Translations under genes and position numbers: made by a program | The notes under the pieces: model-generated | What the model was told of the DNA's origin: nothing | Databases searched by the model: none | What the model saw: the letters and a program-made list of their open reading frames with translations, nothing else | From: an uncultured Oscillospiraceae bacterium | GTDB taxonomy: Bacteria; Bacillota; Clostridia; Oscillospirales; Acutalibacteraceae | Reading direction: 5' to 3' | Assembly (NCBI GenBank): GCA_905193225.1 | Contig: CAJJNV010000008.1 | Coordinates: forward strand, 5,860 to 69,859 | DNA length: 64,000 nucleotides | Shown: positions 45,387-54,687 of the stretch, in pieces | Numbering within the stretch: position 1 is the stretch's first letter | Layout: the number at the start of each line of letters is the position of its first letter

Positions 45387-46148
45387 TCAGCCGCGGTCGA
45401 CTGCTATCTTTTCTTTCTTGTATAGCTCGAAAATGTTGTCGTCAAGGCCGGGATCGGTTATAAAGGTCATACCGGCGGTTATGTCGCTGATTTTGAGCAT
45501 GGCATTTTTCTCAAATTTATTGCTGTCGGCCAGCACAAAAATTTTGTCGGCCGCCTTGAGCATGGCCTTCTGCACAAGGGTAAGGTCATAGTTATAGTCG
45601 GTGATTCCGTTTTCAAGAGAAACGGCCGAGGGAAATATAAAGGCCTTGTTGGCGTGAAGATTTCTTAAGGCATCTAAGGTCAGATCCCCATAAAAGGCAT
45701 TTTCGTCCCTATGGAAAAATCCGCCCAGCATTACCATATTCATTCCGTTGATTCCCGAAAGATTGGCAAAGACATCATTGCTGGCGGTAATTATGGTGAG
45801 GCTTTCAAAACGTCCGGCAAGAGTCTTTGAAAATTCATAGGCCGTGCTTCCGGTATCGACGATAATTATATCGCCCTCGTTTATGTAATTGCAGGCAATG
45901 CGGGAAAGAGCCTGCTTCTGACTGCGGCAGTCGTCCATACGGGACTCAAGCTTTTTCATAGGAACGGATTTTTTAACCGAAATTGCTCCGCCGTGGGTAC
46001 GACGCAAAAGGCCGTCGCTTTCCAGCTTCATTAAATCCTTTCTGAGCGTTTCACCGGTCACCTCAAATATCTTTATAAGCTCCGATGATTCGACCGAGCC
46101 GTTCTTTTCCACCATCTGATGGATCTTGGTTCTTCTTTCGACCGCTAA
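45387..46148 (-). CDS. DeoR/GlpR-family transcriptional regulator
   Basis: HTH (SVESSELIKIFEVTGETLRKDL) plus DeoR C-terminal sugar-phosphate-binding domain. Confidence 0.8.
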   Translation of the reverse strand, partial: LAVERRTKIHQMVEKNGSVESSELIKIFEVTGETLRKDLMKLESDGLLRRTHGGAISVKKSVPMKKLESRMDDCRSQKQALSRIACNYINEGDIIIVDTGSTAYEFSKTLAGRFESLTIITASNDVFANLSGINGMNMVMLGGFFHRDENAFYGDLTLDALRNLHANKAFIFPSAVSLENGITDYNYDLTLVQKAMLKAADKIFVLADSNKFEKNAMLKISDITAGMTFITDPGLDDNIFELYKKEKIAVDRG

Positions 46149-46182
46149 CATCTGCAAACCTCCCATTGGTATTTGTTATATT

Positions 46183-46863
46183 CTAACCCAACATTTCGCA
46201 AATGTCAACAACCCAAAGCGCACTTTTTTCCACTCGGAAAGAAACTTCCAGATTACCATAGGTCATTTTATATATTCTCTCGGGATTGTCGTGATAGGAT
46301 GGACGGGGATCTCCCGACAAAATTTCCTTAAGTTCCCGCACCTTTTGCTTTTGCAATTTTTCGCAAATTTCTTGGGGAATTTCCACCGAAAGTGAATACC
46401 CCTCTTTTTCCTTGGCAAAGCCTCCCCTTGCCTCGGGCTTGCATTCGATCGACGGAAGATAGGGTTTTATATCGTATATGGGAGTACCATCGCAAAGATC
46501 TGCTCCCGATATTTTAAGCACGGTGCCCCTTTCTCTGTCGTTAGCAATATCTTCAAGTTCCACAAGGGACAGTCCGATGTGATTGGGTCTGAATGGTGAA
46601 CGGGTGGCAAATACCCCCATTCTTATGTTTCCGCCCAGTCTCGGAGGACGGACGGTTAAGGATATGCCTTCCTTTTCTATTCGGTCAAATCCCCACAAAA
46701 GCCATATATGGGAATATCCCTCAAGACCTCGAAAGGCATCGGGCGAGGAATATTCGGGCAGAAAGACTATCTCGGCCTTTGTGTTTGCAAGACCGCTTTG
46801 GCGGGGAATTCCGAATTTTTCTTTAAAGTCGCAATTGATGCGGCCGATAGGTTCAATGTTCAT
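46183..46863 (-). CDS. trmO: tRNA (adenine37-N6)-methyltransferase TrmO/TsaA family
   Basis: IGRINCDFKEKFGIPRQSG...VFATRSPFRPNHIGLS, the TsaA-like beta-barrel. Confidence 0.8.
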   Translation of the reverse strand: MNIEPIGRINCDFKEKFGIPRQSGLANTKAEIVFLPEYSSPDAFRGLEGYSHIWLLWGFDRIEKEGISLTVRPPRLGGNIRMGVFATRSPFRPNHIGLSLVELEDIANDRERGTVLKISGADLCDGTPIYDIKPYLPSIECKPEARGGFAKEKEGYSLSVEIPQEICEKLQKQKVRELKEILSGDPRPSYHDNPERIYKMTYGNLEVSFRVEKSALWVVDICEMLG

Positions 46864-47206
46864 GGGATTTTTTCGGTATTTCCTTTCCTGTCAGCTCGGC
46901 GTAGGATTGCTCCTCGGCCTCGGTAAGGGGCGGTGTCGGCACGCTGCCGGTACAGTCCCCCGACGAGACCACGCCGGATATATCGGGATAATATTTCTTT
47001 TTAAGTTTTCTTTTCAAAGAACTCACTCCTTTGAAAATATGCTTTCCGAAAAGCACGTCTTTTATTCCGAAGCAGAGTTTTTCTTTCCAAACACAGCTTT
47101 TTCATCAAACGAAGCCTTTTTTCAGATGCAGTTTTTCTTTTCAAGGGTCGCTTCTTTCTCGGGTACGGCTTTTCTTCCAAAGGAATGTTTCTTCAAAGCA
47201 GCTCTC

Positions 47207-49765
47207 TTATTCCACCTTAACGACCTTATACCCCTCTTTTTCCACGGTGGATTTAAGTGTGTCGTCAGAAACATCACCGCCGAGAATAATCTTTGCAAGA
47301 CCGCTCTCGTGGCTGACATCGGCACTTTTAACGCCCTCGATGCCCTCTAATGCTTTCTTAACCCTGCCCGAGCAGTGTCCGCACATCATCCCTTCTATAA
47401 GCATTGTTTTTTCGATTTTGTTTTCCATTTCGTTTTGCTCCTTTACCTTGATTTTTTCTTTTCCGTTATCGCCCTTGCGGGTGTCGTTTTCCGTGCCGTC
47501 GGTCTCTGCCGCCGGCTTTTTCATCTTGAAGAAATTGAGCCGCAAGGCGTTTGTCACAACACAAAAGCTCGAAAGACTCATGGCCGCCGCGCCGAACATA
47601 GGATTAAGCTCCCATCCAAGCAGGCTTATAAAAACTCCTGCGGCAAGAGGTATTCCTATGATGTTGTAAATAAAGGCCCAGAAAAGATTTTCCTTGATAT
47701 TCCTCAGAGTCTTTTTGGAAAGCTCTATTGCCCCTGCAACCTGGCTCAAACTGCTGCCGGTAATGACCACATCGGCCGAATCTATGGCAATATCGGTGCC
47801 CGCTCCCACGGCGATTCCCACATCTGCGGCAGTAAGGGCGGGAGCGTCGTTTATTCCGTCGCCCACCATAATTACCTTTCCGCCTGATTTGTGCTGTTTT
47901 ACGGCCTGTTCCTTGCCCTCGGGAAGCACTCCCGCAATGACCTCATCGACCCCTACGGCCTTTGCCACGGCGTCGGCGGTCTTTTGGTTATCTCCCGTTA
48001 GCATAACAGTTTTAATGCCCATCTTCTTCATATCGGAAATTGCCCGTTTGCTGTCCTCTCTTATTTCGTCGGCAACGGCGATTATTCCGAGAAGGGTATC
48101 ATTCTCACAGAAGAACATAGGGGTCTTGCCCTGTTCCGAAAGAGCCTCGGCGGCGCTTTTTGCCTCTTTCGATATTTCCGTATGTTCCGAAATGTATTCG
48201 GCATTTCCTCCGAGCAGTGTCTTTCCGTCTATTTTGGCGCATATTCCCTTCCCCGAAACCACCTTTATCTCGTCCGAATCGGCAAGAACCGTTCCCTGCT
48301 TTTTGGCATAATAGACAATAGCCTTCCCGAGAGGATGCTCGCTTTTTTGCTCGACAGACGCGGCGGCCCTCACAAGCTTTTGCTCCTCGCAGTTTATGGG
48401 CACAAGGTCGGTAACGGCAGGCTTGCCCTTTGTTATGGTGCCTGTTTTGTCAAGCAGCACGGTTTTTGCCCGCCCGGTCTGTTCGAGAGATACGGCGGTT
48501 TTGAAAAGTACGCCGTTTTTGGCTCCAACGCCGCTTCCCACCATAATGGCAACGGGCGTGGCAAGGCCGAGAGCACAGGGGCAACTGATGACAAGCACAG
48601 ATATGGCTCTTCCAACGGCAAATCCGAAATCCTTACCGATCAGCAGCCACACTACAAGGGTCAAAATGGCTATGCCTATGACCGTGGGAACAAATATTCC
48701 CGACACCCTATCGGCAAGTCTTGCCACAGGTGCCTTTGTGCCCGATGCGTCGCTGACCATTTTTATTATCTTGGCAATGGCGGTGTCCTCTCCGACGCCC
48801 TTTGCCTCGCATTTAATATATCCTGCGCGGTTGACGGTAGCGGCCGAGACTTTGTCTCCTTTTCTTTTTTCGACAGGCAGGCTTTCACCTGTCAGAGCCG
48901 ATTCGTCCACCGAGGCTTCACCATCTAAAACGATTCCGTCAACGGGAATGTTTCCGCCCGAGCGCACGGCAAAGATGTCCCCCACCTTGACCTGAGAAAC
49001 CGGCACTTCGGTCTCCTTTCCGTCCTTTATTACAAAGGCGGTTTTGGGAGTTAGGTCCATAAGAGCCTTTATGGCATTTGTGGTCTTTCCCTTTGAACGG
49101 GCTTCGAGCATTTTGCCGAGAGTTATAAGAGCAAGTATCATTGCGGCCGATTCGAAATAAAGGCCGTGATAAAGCTCCATTTGCACCATACTGTCGGTAA
49201 CGGCAGTCATTTTAAAGAGGATGTATGTGCTGTATAAAAATGCGGCGGCCGACCCCATGGAAACGAGGGTATCCATATTGGGCGAGCGGTTTATGATGCC
49301 TTTAACGCCGCTTATAAAGAATTTTTGGTTGATAACACACACTGCCCCCGACAAAATCAGCTGTAAAAGTCCGAGAGCAATGTGATTATGCTCGAAAAAC
49401 GCCGGCACAGGAAAGCCCCACATTGCATGACCCATTGAAAAATACATCAAAACCGCCAGTATAATAAGAGAACTGACAAGCCGTCTTACAAGCTTAGGGG
49501 TTTGTTTATCCTCGATTTGCCCGTTTTGCCCGCTTTGAGTGGAGTTTCCGGCCGACTGCCCGTTTCGGCCGACGGCCCTTGCGCCGTATCCCGCCTTTTC
49601 CACCGCCTCGATAATTTCGGCAGCGGCAGCCGTTCCTTCCACCGTCATGGAGTTTGTCAAAAGGTTTACCGAGCAGGCTTTGACCCCCTCAACCTTTGAA
49701 ACCGCCTTTTCCACACGGGCGCTGCAGGCGGCACAGCTCATCCCCGTTACATTGTATCTATCCAC
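47207..49765 (-). CDS. copA: copper-translocating P1B-type ATPase with N- and C-terminal HMA domains
   Basis: [12 protein letters not shown] (HMA), CPC motif ([12 protein letters not shown]), [16 protein letters not shown]-terminal [10 protein letters not shown]. Confidence 0.9.
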   Translation of the reverse strand: MDRYNVTGMSCAACSARVEKAVSKVEGVKACSVNLLTNSMTVEGTAAAAEIIEAVEKAGYGARAVGRNGQSAGNSTQSGQNGQIEDKQTPKLVRRLVSSLIILAVLMYFSMGHAMWGFPVPAFFEHNHIALGLLQLILSGAVCVINQKFFISGVKGIINRSPNMDTLVSMGSAAAFLYSTYILFKMTAVTDSMVQMELYHGLYFESAAMILALITLGKMLEARSKGKTTNAIKALMDLTPKTAFVIKDGKETEVPVSQVKVGDIFAVRSGGNIPVDGIVLDGEASVDESALTGESLPVEKRKGDKVSAATVNRAGYIKCEAKGVGEDTAIAKIIKMVSDASGTKAPVARLADRVSGIFVPTVIGIAILTLVVWLLIGKDFGFAVGRAISVLVISCPCALGLATPVAIMVGSGVGAKNGVLFKTAVSLEQTGRAKTVLLDKTGTITKGKPAVTDLVPINCEEQKLVRAAASVEQKSEHPLGKAIVYYAKKQGTVLADSDEIKVVSGKGICAKIDGKTLLGGNAEYISEHTEISKEAKSAAEALSEQGKTPMFFCENDTLLGIIAVADEIREDSKRAISDMKKMGIKTVMLTGDNQKTADAVAKAVGVDEVIAGVLPEGKEQAVKQHKSGGKVIMVGDGINDAPALTAADVGIAVGAGTDIAIDSADVVITGSSLSQVAGAIELSKKTLRNIKENLFWAFIYNIIGIPLAAGVFISLLGWELNPMFGAAAMSLSSFCVVTNALRLNFFKMKKPAAETDGTENDTRKGDNGKEKIKVKEQNEMENKIEKTMLIEGMMCGHCSGRVKKALEGIEGVKSADVSHESGLAKIILGGDVSDDTLKSTVEKEGYKVVKVE

Positions 49766-49775
49766 GGATTACACC

Positions 49776-50078
49776 TCACTTCATAAGCCGACGAAGGGTA
49801 TCGATAAGCTCGTCGACGGTCTGTTCCTTTCCGTTTTTAATATCGTCGGTAACGCAGGTTTTTATGTGTTCCTCCAAAAGCTTTCGGTTAAAAGCGTCCA
49901 GCGCCGAGGAAGCGGCCTGAGCCTGCATCATTATATCAACGCAATAAGCGTCGTTTTCTATCATTCCTTTTATTCCCCGAATCTGCCCTTCTATTCTGTT
50001 TAGTCGGTTGATGAGCTTTTTGTGCTCCTCGGCAGATCGGATCTTGTTTCTGTGGCAGTGACAGCATTTTTCCTGCAT
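49776..50078 (-). CDS. csoR: CsoR-family copper-sensing transcriptional repressor
   Basis: 100 aa all-helical protein carrying the Cys, His and Cys ligand positions of the CsoR metal site (Cys44, His69, Cys73 of this protein). Directly upstream of copA. Confidence 0.8.
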   Translation of the reverse strand: MQEKCCHCHRNKIRSAEEHKKLINRLNRIEGQIRGIKGMIENDAYCVDIMMQAQAASSALDAFNRKLLEEHIKTCVTDDIKNGKEQTVDELIDTLRRLMK

Positions 50079-50100
50079 ATTTTACACCTCGTCTGCATTA

Positions 50101-50120
50101 TATACCCCCATAGGGTATAT
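50101..50120. promoter_or_regulatory. candidate CsoR operator (GC-rich pseudo-palindrome TATACCCCCATAGGGTATAT) just upstream of csoR
   Basis: Inverted repeat ATACCC-N5-GGGTAT 23-42 nt upstream of the csoR start codon. Confidence 0.45.
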
Positions 50121-50309
50121 GTCAACAGCTTTTTTAAAATTTTTGCGGTCAAAGTGTTGCTTTTAAAGCCTGCAGATATTAAAATGGTCAGGAGATATTA
50201 AAACAGATGATACTAAACGCTGCTTTTAAGACACATAAACCGAGTAAAGCCCATTTAACAGGTTGGCAAAACCTTTTACCGTAGTATAACCGAAAAAGGA
50301 AGTGAAACA

Positions 50310-52202
50310 ATGAACGATCCCTTTGTACACAAGCCGGTTTCCGGATCGGCACAGGACGAGACCTGCCCGCAGGACAGCACCGCTGAGCAAAACAATACCG
50401 CTGCTCAAAACAATACCGCTGCTCAAAACAATACCGCTGCTCAAAGCAACACTACCGTGCAAGACACCACCGCCACACAAAACATTACTGTCGCACGAAA
50501 CAATGCCATCCGGCAAGGCACTTCCGTCACGCAAAGCATCTCAGATAGCAGCAAAAGCACTGCAGCTAAATCTCCAAATAATCGTTCCTTTTACGGCGAC
50601 GTGCTGAACACTGCGGGAAGTATTTTCTTTGCTGCAATGGCGGGATTTTTCCCCCTTTTCTGCGGCGGAAGCTATAACATAATTCTTGATTCAAAATATG
50701 CTGCCTTTGAAACCATAACAATTTTTTCGGCGGTATTTTTCGTTTTTTTCTGCCTTCTTAAAAATGTTTCCATCCGCCGCTCTAAACCGTCGATCACTTT
50801 AACGGATCGAACAAAAGCCTCCTTTAAATCTGCCGTTCTGACGCTCGTCAAAACGGCCGACGTCACGGTTATTCTGCTTATATGCTTCTGCCTTTTGACG
50901 CTTCTTTCAGCCGTCCTTTCACCCTATGCCTTTTCCCTTAATTCGGCGGGAAAAAGCGCGGTGATTTTCGGATCGGGGCGATATGACGGGCTGTATGTTT
51001 TAGCCCTTTACGTCGCGGTTTTTGCCCTTTCATATTTTTTCGTAAAGTTTGATTATAAATGCGTTTTGCTGGTTGGTGCGGTCACCCTTATTATGTCGAT
51101 CATCGGCATACTTCAGCTTTTCGGCATAAACGCCTTCGGCCTCTACCCGGCTGACATTTACACCGGTTATTACGCCGAGTTCATTTCCACCATGGGCAAC
51201 ATTGATTTTATGTCGGCGCTCATGTCTATGTTTTTGCCTCTTGTCTTCGGCTGCTTTTTGTCGGCGGACGGGAGCAGAAAAAGCGAGGCTTTTCTACTGA
51301 TTTGTTTCTTTGTCGGCGGATTCTGCCTTATAAAAACCGATGTCCAGTCGGGTATGATTGCCCTTCTTGTAACGGCGGCGCTGACCCTTCCCCTCTCTTT
51401 AAAAAGCAAAAGAAGTCTTGCCAAAGCCCTTGTATTTTTGCAAACGTCGACGGTGCTCATATGGCTTTGCAACTGCTTTGATCTTTCTAAGGGAGAGGGC
51501 ACGACGGTTGTGCAATTTTGCATAAACGCAAAGCTGACGATTGCCGCAGCCGCAGTGATTTTCCTGCTTTTAGCCTTGCTGATTCTGCAAAGGAAAAAAG
51601 GACTTTCAAAAAAAGTCCTGTCAAAACTCCCCTGCGCCCTATTTATTTTTGAAGGAGCGGCCCTTTTGCTCCTTGCCGCATATATGTATTTCCTTTTCAC
51701 CCCCGCCGACAAAGACAACGCCTTAAACCAGCTTTACGCCCTGCTTCACGGAAGCCTTTCCCAAAGCTCGGGCTCGGGCAGGGGCGGCATTTGGAAATAC
51801 AGCTTTTTAATGGGTCTTGAGCGCCCCGTTTTAGGCCATGGGCAGGGATGCTATAAGCTTGCCATGGACGATTTTTCCGCAAGGGTAGGTTACACATACT
51901 ACACATCAAGAAACGCCTCTCTCGACGCCGCACACAACGAATTTTTGCAGCTTTTCTGCACCGGCGGTATTTTAGGCCTTTTAAGCTATGCGGGAGCTCT
52001 CGCCTCCCTTATTGCAAGGAGTATAAAAAGGCGATTTAGCGGAAAATACACCGTTTGCCTGCTTTCGGCGGTTGTCGGCTATCTTGTCCAAAGCTTTTTC
52101 ACCTTTTCCATCGTCGAGGTGGCTCCCGTATTCTTTATGCTTTGCGGAATTCTTTTGCATAATGTGCGGGACGCCGAAAAGGTTTCCTCACCGGAAAAAT
52201 AA
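50310..52202 (+). CDS. O-antigen ligase/polymerase-domain (Wzy_C) polytopic membrane protein with N-terminal low-complexity repeat
   Basis: About 12 TM. Motif SGSGRGGIWKYSFLMGLERPVLGHGQG matches the Wzy_C loop. N-terminus carries a TAAQNN x3 repeat encoded by an 18-bp tandem DNA repeat. Confidence 0.6.
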   Translation: MNDPFVHKPVSGSAQDETCPQDSTAEQNNTAAQNNTAAQNNTAAQSNTTVQDTTATQNITVARNNAIRQGTSVTQSISDSSKSTAAKSPNNRSFYGDVLNTAGSIFFAAMAGFFPLFCGGSYNIILDSKYAAFETITIFSAVFFVFFCLLKNVSIRRSKPSITLTDRTKASFKSAVLTLVKTADVTVILLICFCLLTLLSAVLSPYAFSLNSAGKSAVIFGSGRYDGLYVLALYVAVFALSYFFVKFDYKCVLLVGAVTLIMSIIGILQLFGINAFGLYPADIYTGYYAEFISTMGNIDFMSALMSMFLPLVFGCFLSADGSRKSEAFLLICFFVGGFCLIKTDVQSGMIALLVTAALTLPLSLKSKRSLAKALVFLQTSTVLIWLCNCFDLSKGEGTTVVQFCINAKLTIAAAAVIFLLLALLILQRKKGLSKKVLSKLPCALFIFEGAALLLLAAYMYFLFTPADKDNALNQLYALLHGSLSQSSGSGRGGIWKYSFLMGLERPVLGHGQGCYKLAMDDFSARVGYTYYTSRNASLDAAHNEFLQLFCTGGILGLLSYAGALASLIARSIKRRFSGKYTVCLLSAVVGYLVQSFFTFSIVEVAPVFFMLCGILLHNVRDAEKVSSPEK

Positions 52203-52297
52203 TTTTTGCAAAAATCGGAACAATTCAAGCAAGAATCGGTAACAGGAAAAAATTTTTTCGACCGGGCAAAAAAACCTTATTCGGAAAATAATAATTG

Positions 52298-52326
52298 TTG
52301 ATTTTAAGCGCCGCGGGTGGTATAAT
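52298..52326 (+). promoter_or_regulatory. sigma-A-type promoter of the stn-like operon (TTGATT-17-TGGTATAAT, extended -10)
   Basis: -35 TTGATT at 52298-52303, 17-nt spacer ending TGG, -10 TATAAT at 52321-52326, about 125 nt upstream of the ATG. Confidence 0.55.
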
Positions 52327-52451
52327 TGCCGATGAATATATTATTTGCCGAAAACGGCAACGGACAGTTAAGGCGATACCGCAGATTAAAATAAAAATCC
52401 GCAGGGTATCGGCCTGTCGCAAGCTTACGGTTCGGCGTTAGGAGGACGGTT

Positions 52452-52940
52452 ATGTGCAACTGTAAACCAAGCGATCTTTCGCTGATCGACCCTGTACTCG
52501 AAAAATACGGTAATTCTTCCGGAAATCTCATCACCATTCTGCAAAAGGGTCAGGAAATATACGGTTATCTGCCAACCGATGTCATTTATAAAATAGCCGA
52601 AAAAACCGGCACCACCCCCGCTAAGGTCATGGGAGTGGCCACATTCTACACCCAGTTCAGATTAAAGCCCATAGGCAGGTATCTCATCATGCTGTGTAAG
52701 GGAACGGCCTGCCATGTCAACGGCGCCGACCGTATCGAATCGGCTCTTTGCGAGGAGCTTAAAATAAAGGACGGCGAGACCACCGACGACGGTCTTTTCA
52801 CCCTTAAAAACGTCGCATGTCTCGGATGCTGCTCCCTTTCGCCGGTCATGATGATAAACGAAGAGACCTTCGGAAATCTTACCCCCGAAAAGGCGGTCGG
52901 CATCATAAAGGATTTAAGAGAAAGGGGCGGTGACAAATGA
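52452..52940 (+). CDS. NuoE/HydC-like thioredoxin-like [2Fe-2S] subunit (StnA-like)
   Basis: 162 aa with CKGTACHVNGA...CLGCCSLSPV. GGAGGA RBS. Confidence 0.8.
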   Translation: MCNCKPSDLSLIDPVLEKYGNSSGNLITILQKGQEIYGYLPTDVIYKIAEKTGTTPAKVMGVATFYTQFRLKPIGRYLIMLCKGTACHVNGADRIESALCEELKIKDGETTDDGLFTLKNVACLGCCSLSPVMMINEETFGNLTPEKAVGIIKDLRERGGDK

Positions 52941-54673
52941 GAATAGCGGTCGGACAGGGAAGCTGCGGTATCGCGGCGGGCGCCGGCGGGGTCTATTCCC
53001 GCCTCAAAGAGCTTTGCAATGACGTACATACCACAGGATGTATCGGTATGTGCTTTGCCGAGCCCATCGTTGACATCTACGACGGAAAGGCACTTAAAAA
53101 ACGCCTTGTAAAGGTCAAGGCCGACGATACCGAAAGAATCGCAAACGCCGTAAATTCCGGCGATCTCGAAAGTCTCAACGATCTTGAGATATCTCCCGAG
53201 GATGAAGCCTTTCTCGACGGACAGACCCGCATTGCGCTGCGCAACTGCGGCATAATCGATCCCACAAGCATCGACGAATACATTGCCGTCGGCGGATATG
53301 AGGCCGTTAAAAAGGCGGTGTGCGAGCTTTCTCCCGAGCAGGTCATCGACATCATAAAGGTCTCCGGCCTTGCGGGACGCGGCGGTGCGGGATTCCCCAC
53401 CTGGTTTAAATGGAATGCGGCAAGACAGTCGGTCTCGGATAAAAAATATCTCATATGCAACGCCGATGAGGGCGATCCCGGCGCATTTATGGACCGTGCC
53501 GTAATCGAAAGCGATCCCCATAATCTCATTGAAGGTATGCTCATCGGCGCATACGCCATCGGTGCCGACGAATGCGTTGTTTACGTCCGCGCAGAATACC
53601 CCCTTGCCATCGTGCGCCTTGAGGAAGCCATTAAGCAGGCCGCCGAAAAGGGAATGCTCGGCAAAAACATTTTCGGCAGCAATTTCAACTGTACAATACG
53701 CATAAAAGCCGGTGCAGGCGCATTTGTGTGCGGTGAGGAAACCGCCCTTATCGAATCCCTTGAAGGAAAACGCGGTATGCCCCGTCTCAAGCCCCCCTTC
53801 CCGGCTCAGTGCGGATATAACGGCCTTCCCTCCAACATCAATAACGTCGAGACCTTCGCCAATGTCCCCTGGATAATCAAAAACGGCGGCGAGAAATTTG
53901 CCGCAATGGGCACCCAGACCAGCAAGGGCACCAAGGTCTTTGCCCTGACAGGTAAAATAAAGCGGGGCGGCCTTGTGGAAATCCCAATGGGTAAAACCCT
54001 TAGGGATGTAATCTTCGGCATAGGCGGCGGAATCAGAGACGGCAAGGAATTTAAAGCCGTGCAGATGGGCGGCCCTTCAGGCGGATGTATTCCCAAAGAG
54101 CTGCTGGACACGGTCATCGACTATAAAGCCCTTTCGGCCACCGGAGCGATAATGGGCTCGGGCGGAATGGTGGTTATGGACGAAAGCACCTGTATGGTGG
54201 GAATGGCAAAATTCTTCCTCGATTTTACGACCAAGGAATCCTGCGGAAAATGCGTTCACTGCCGTCTCGGTACCAAGAGAATGCTCGGCATACTCACCCG
54301 AATCGTAAACGGCGAGGGAAAAGAGGGCGATTCAGAACTGCTTGAAGAGCTTTGCTATGCCGTTAAGGACGGCGCTCTTTGCGGCCTCGGCCAGACTGCG
54401 CCAAACCCCGTGCTCACCACGCTCAAATACTTTAAAAACGAATACGACGCTCACATTAACGATAAAAAATGTCCCGCAAAGGAATGTGCCGAGCTTATAA
54501 CCTACTCTATCGACAGCGAAAAATGCCGCGGCTGTTCCCTTTGCGCCAAAAAATGTCCTGTGGGCGCCATTTCCGGGCAGCTTAAAAACCCGTATGAAAT
54601 AAACACCGAGCTTTGCATTAAATGCGGCAACTGCCTGACCGCCTGTCGTTTCGGCGCGGTTTTTGCACAATAA
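52937..54673 (+). CDS. NuoF/HydB-like NADH-binding FMN/Fe-S subunit (StnB-like)
   Basis: GRGGAGFPTWFKW (FMN/NADH site), N-terminal 2Fe-2S, C-terminal 2x[4Fe-4S] (CRGCSLCAKKCP / CIKCGNCLTAC). 4-nt overlap with the upstream gene. Confidence 0.85.
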   Translation: MRIAVGQGSCGIAAGAGGVYSRLKELCNDVHTTGCIGMCFAEPIVDIYDGKALKKRLVKVKADDTERIANAVNSGDLESLNDLEISPEDEAFLDGQTRIALRNCGIIDPTSIDEYIAVGGYEAVKKAVCELSPEQVIDIIKVSGLAGRGGAGFPTWFKWNAARQSVSDKKYLICNADEGDPGAFMDRAVIESDPHNLIEGMLIGAYAIGADECVVYVRAEYPLAIVRLEEAIKQAAEKGMLGKNIFGSNFNCTIRIKAGAGAFVCGEETALIESLEGKRGMPRLKPPFPAQCGYNGLPSNINNVETFANVPWIIKNGGEKFAAMGTQTSKGTKVFALTGKIKRGGLVEIPMGKTLRDVIFGIGGGIRDGKEFKAVQMGGPSGGCIPKELLDTVIDYKALSATGAIMGSGGMVVMDESTCMVGMAKFFLDFTTKESCGKCVHCRLGTKRMLGILTRIVNGEGKEGDSELLEELCYAVKDGALCGLGQTAPNPVLTTLKYFKNEYDAHINDKKCPAKECAELITYSIDSEKCRGCSLCAKKCPVGAISGQLKNPYEINTELCIKCGNCLTACRFGAVFAQ

Positions 54674-54687
54674 CGGAGGTGGGAAAA

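Noticed and set aside
52290-52310. Possible Rex box AATTGTTGATTTTAAGCG overlapping the -35 of the stn-like promoter
   Set aside because: Only the left half-site resembles TTGTGAA/TTGTTAA; the right half is unrelated. Too weak to call
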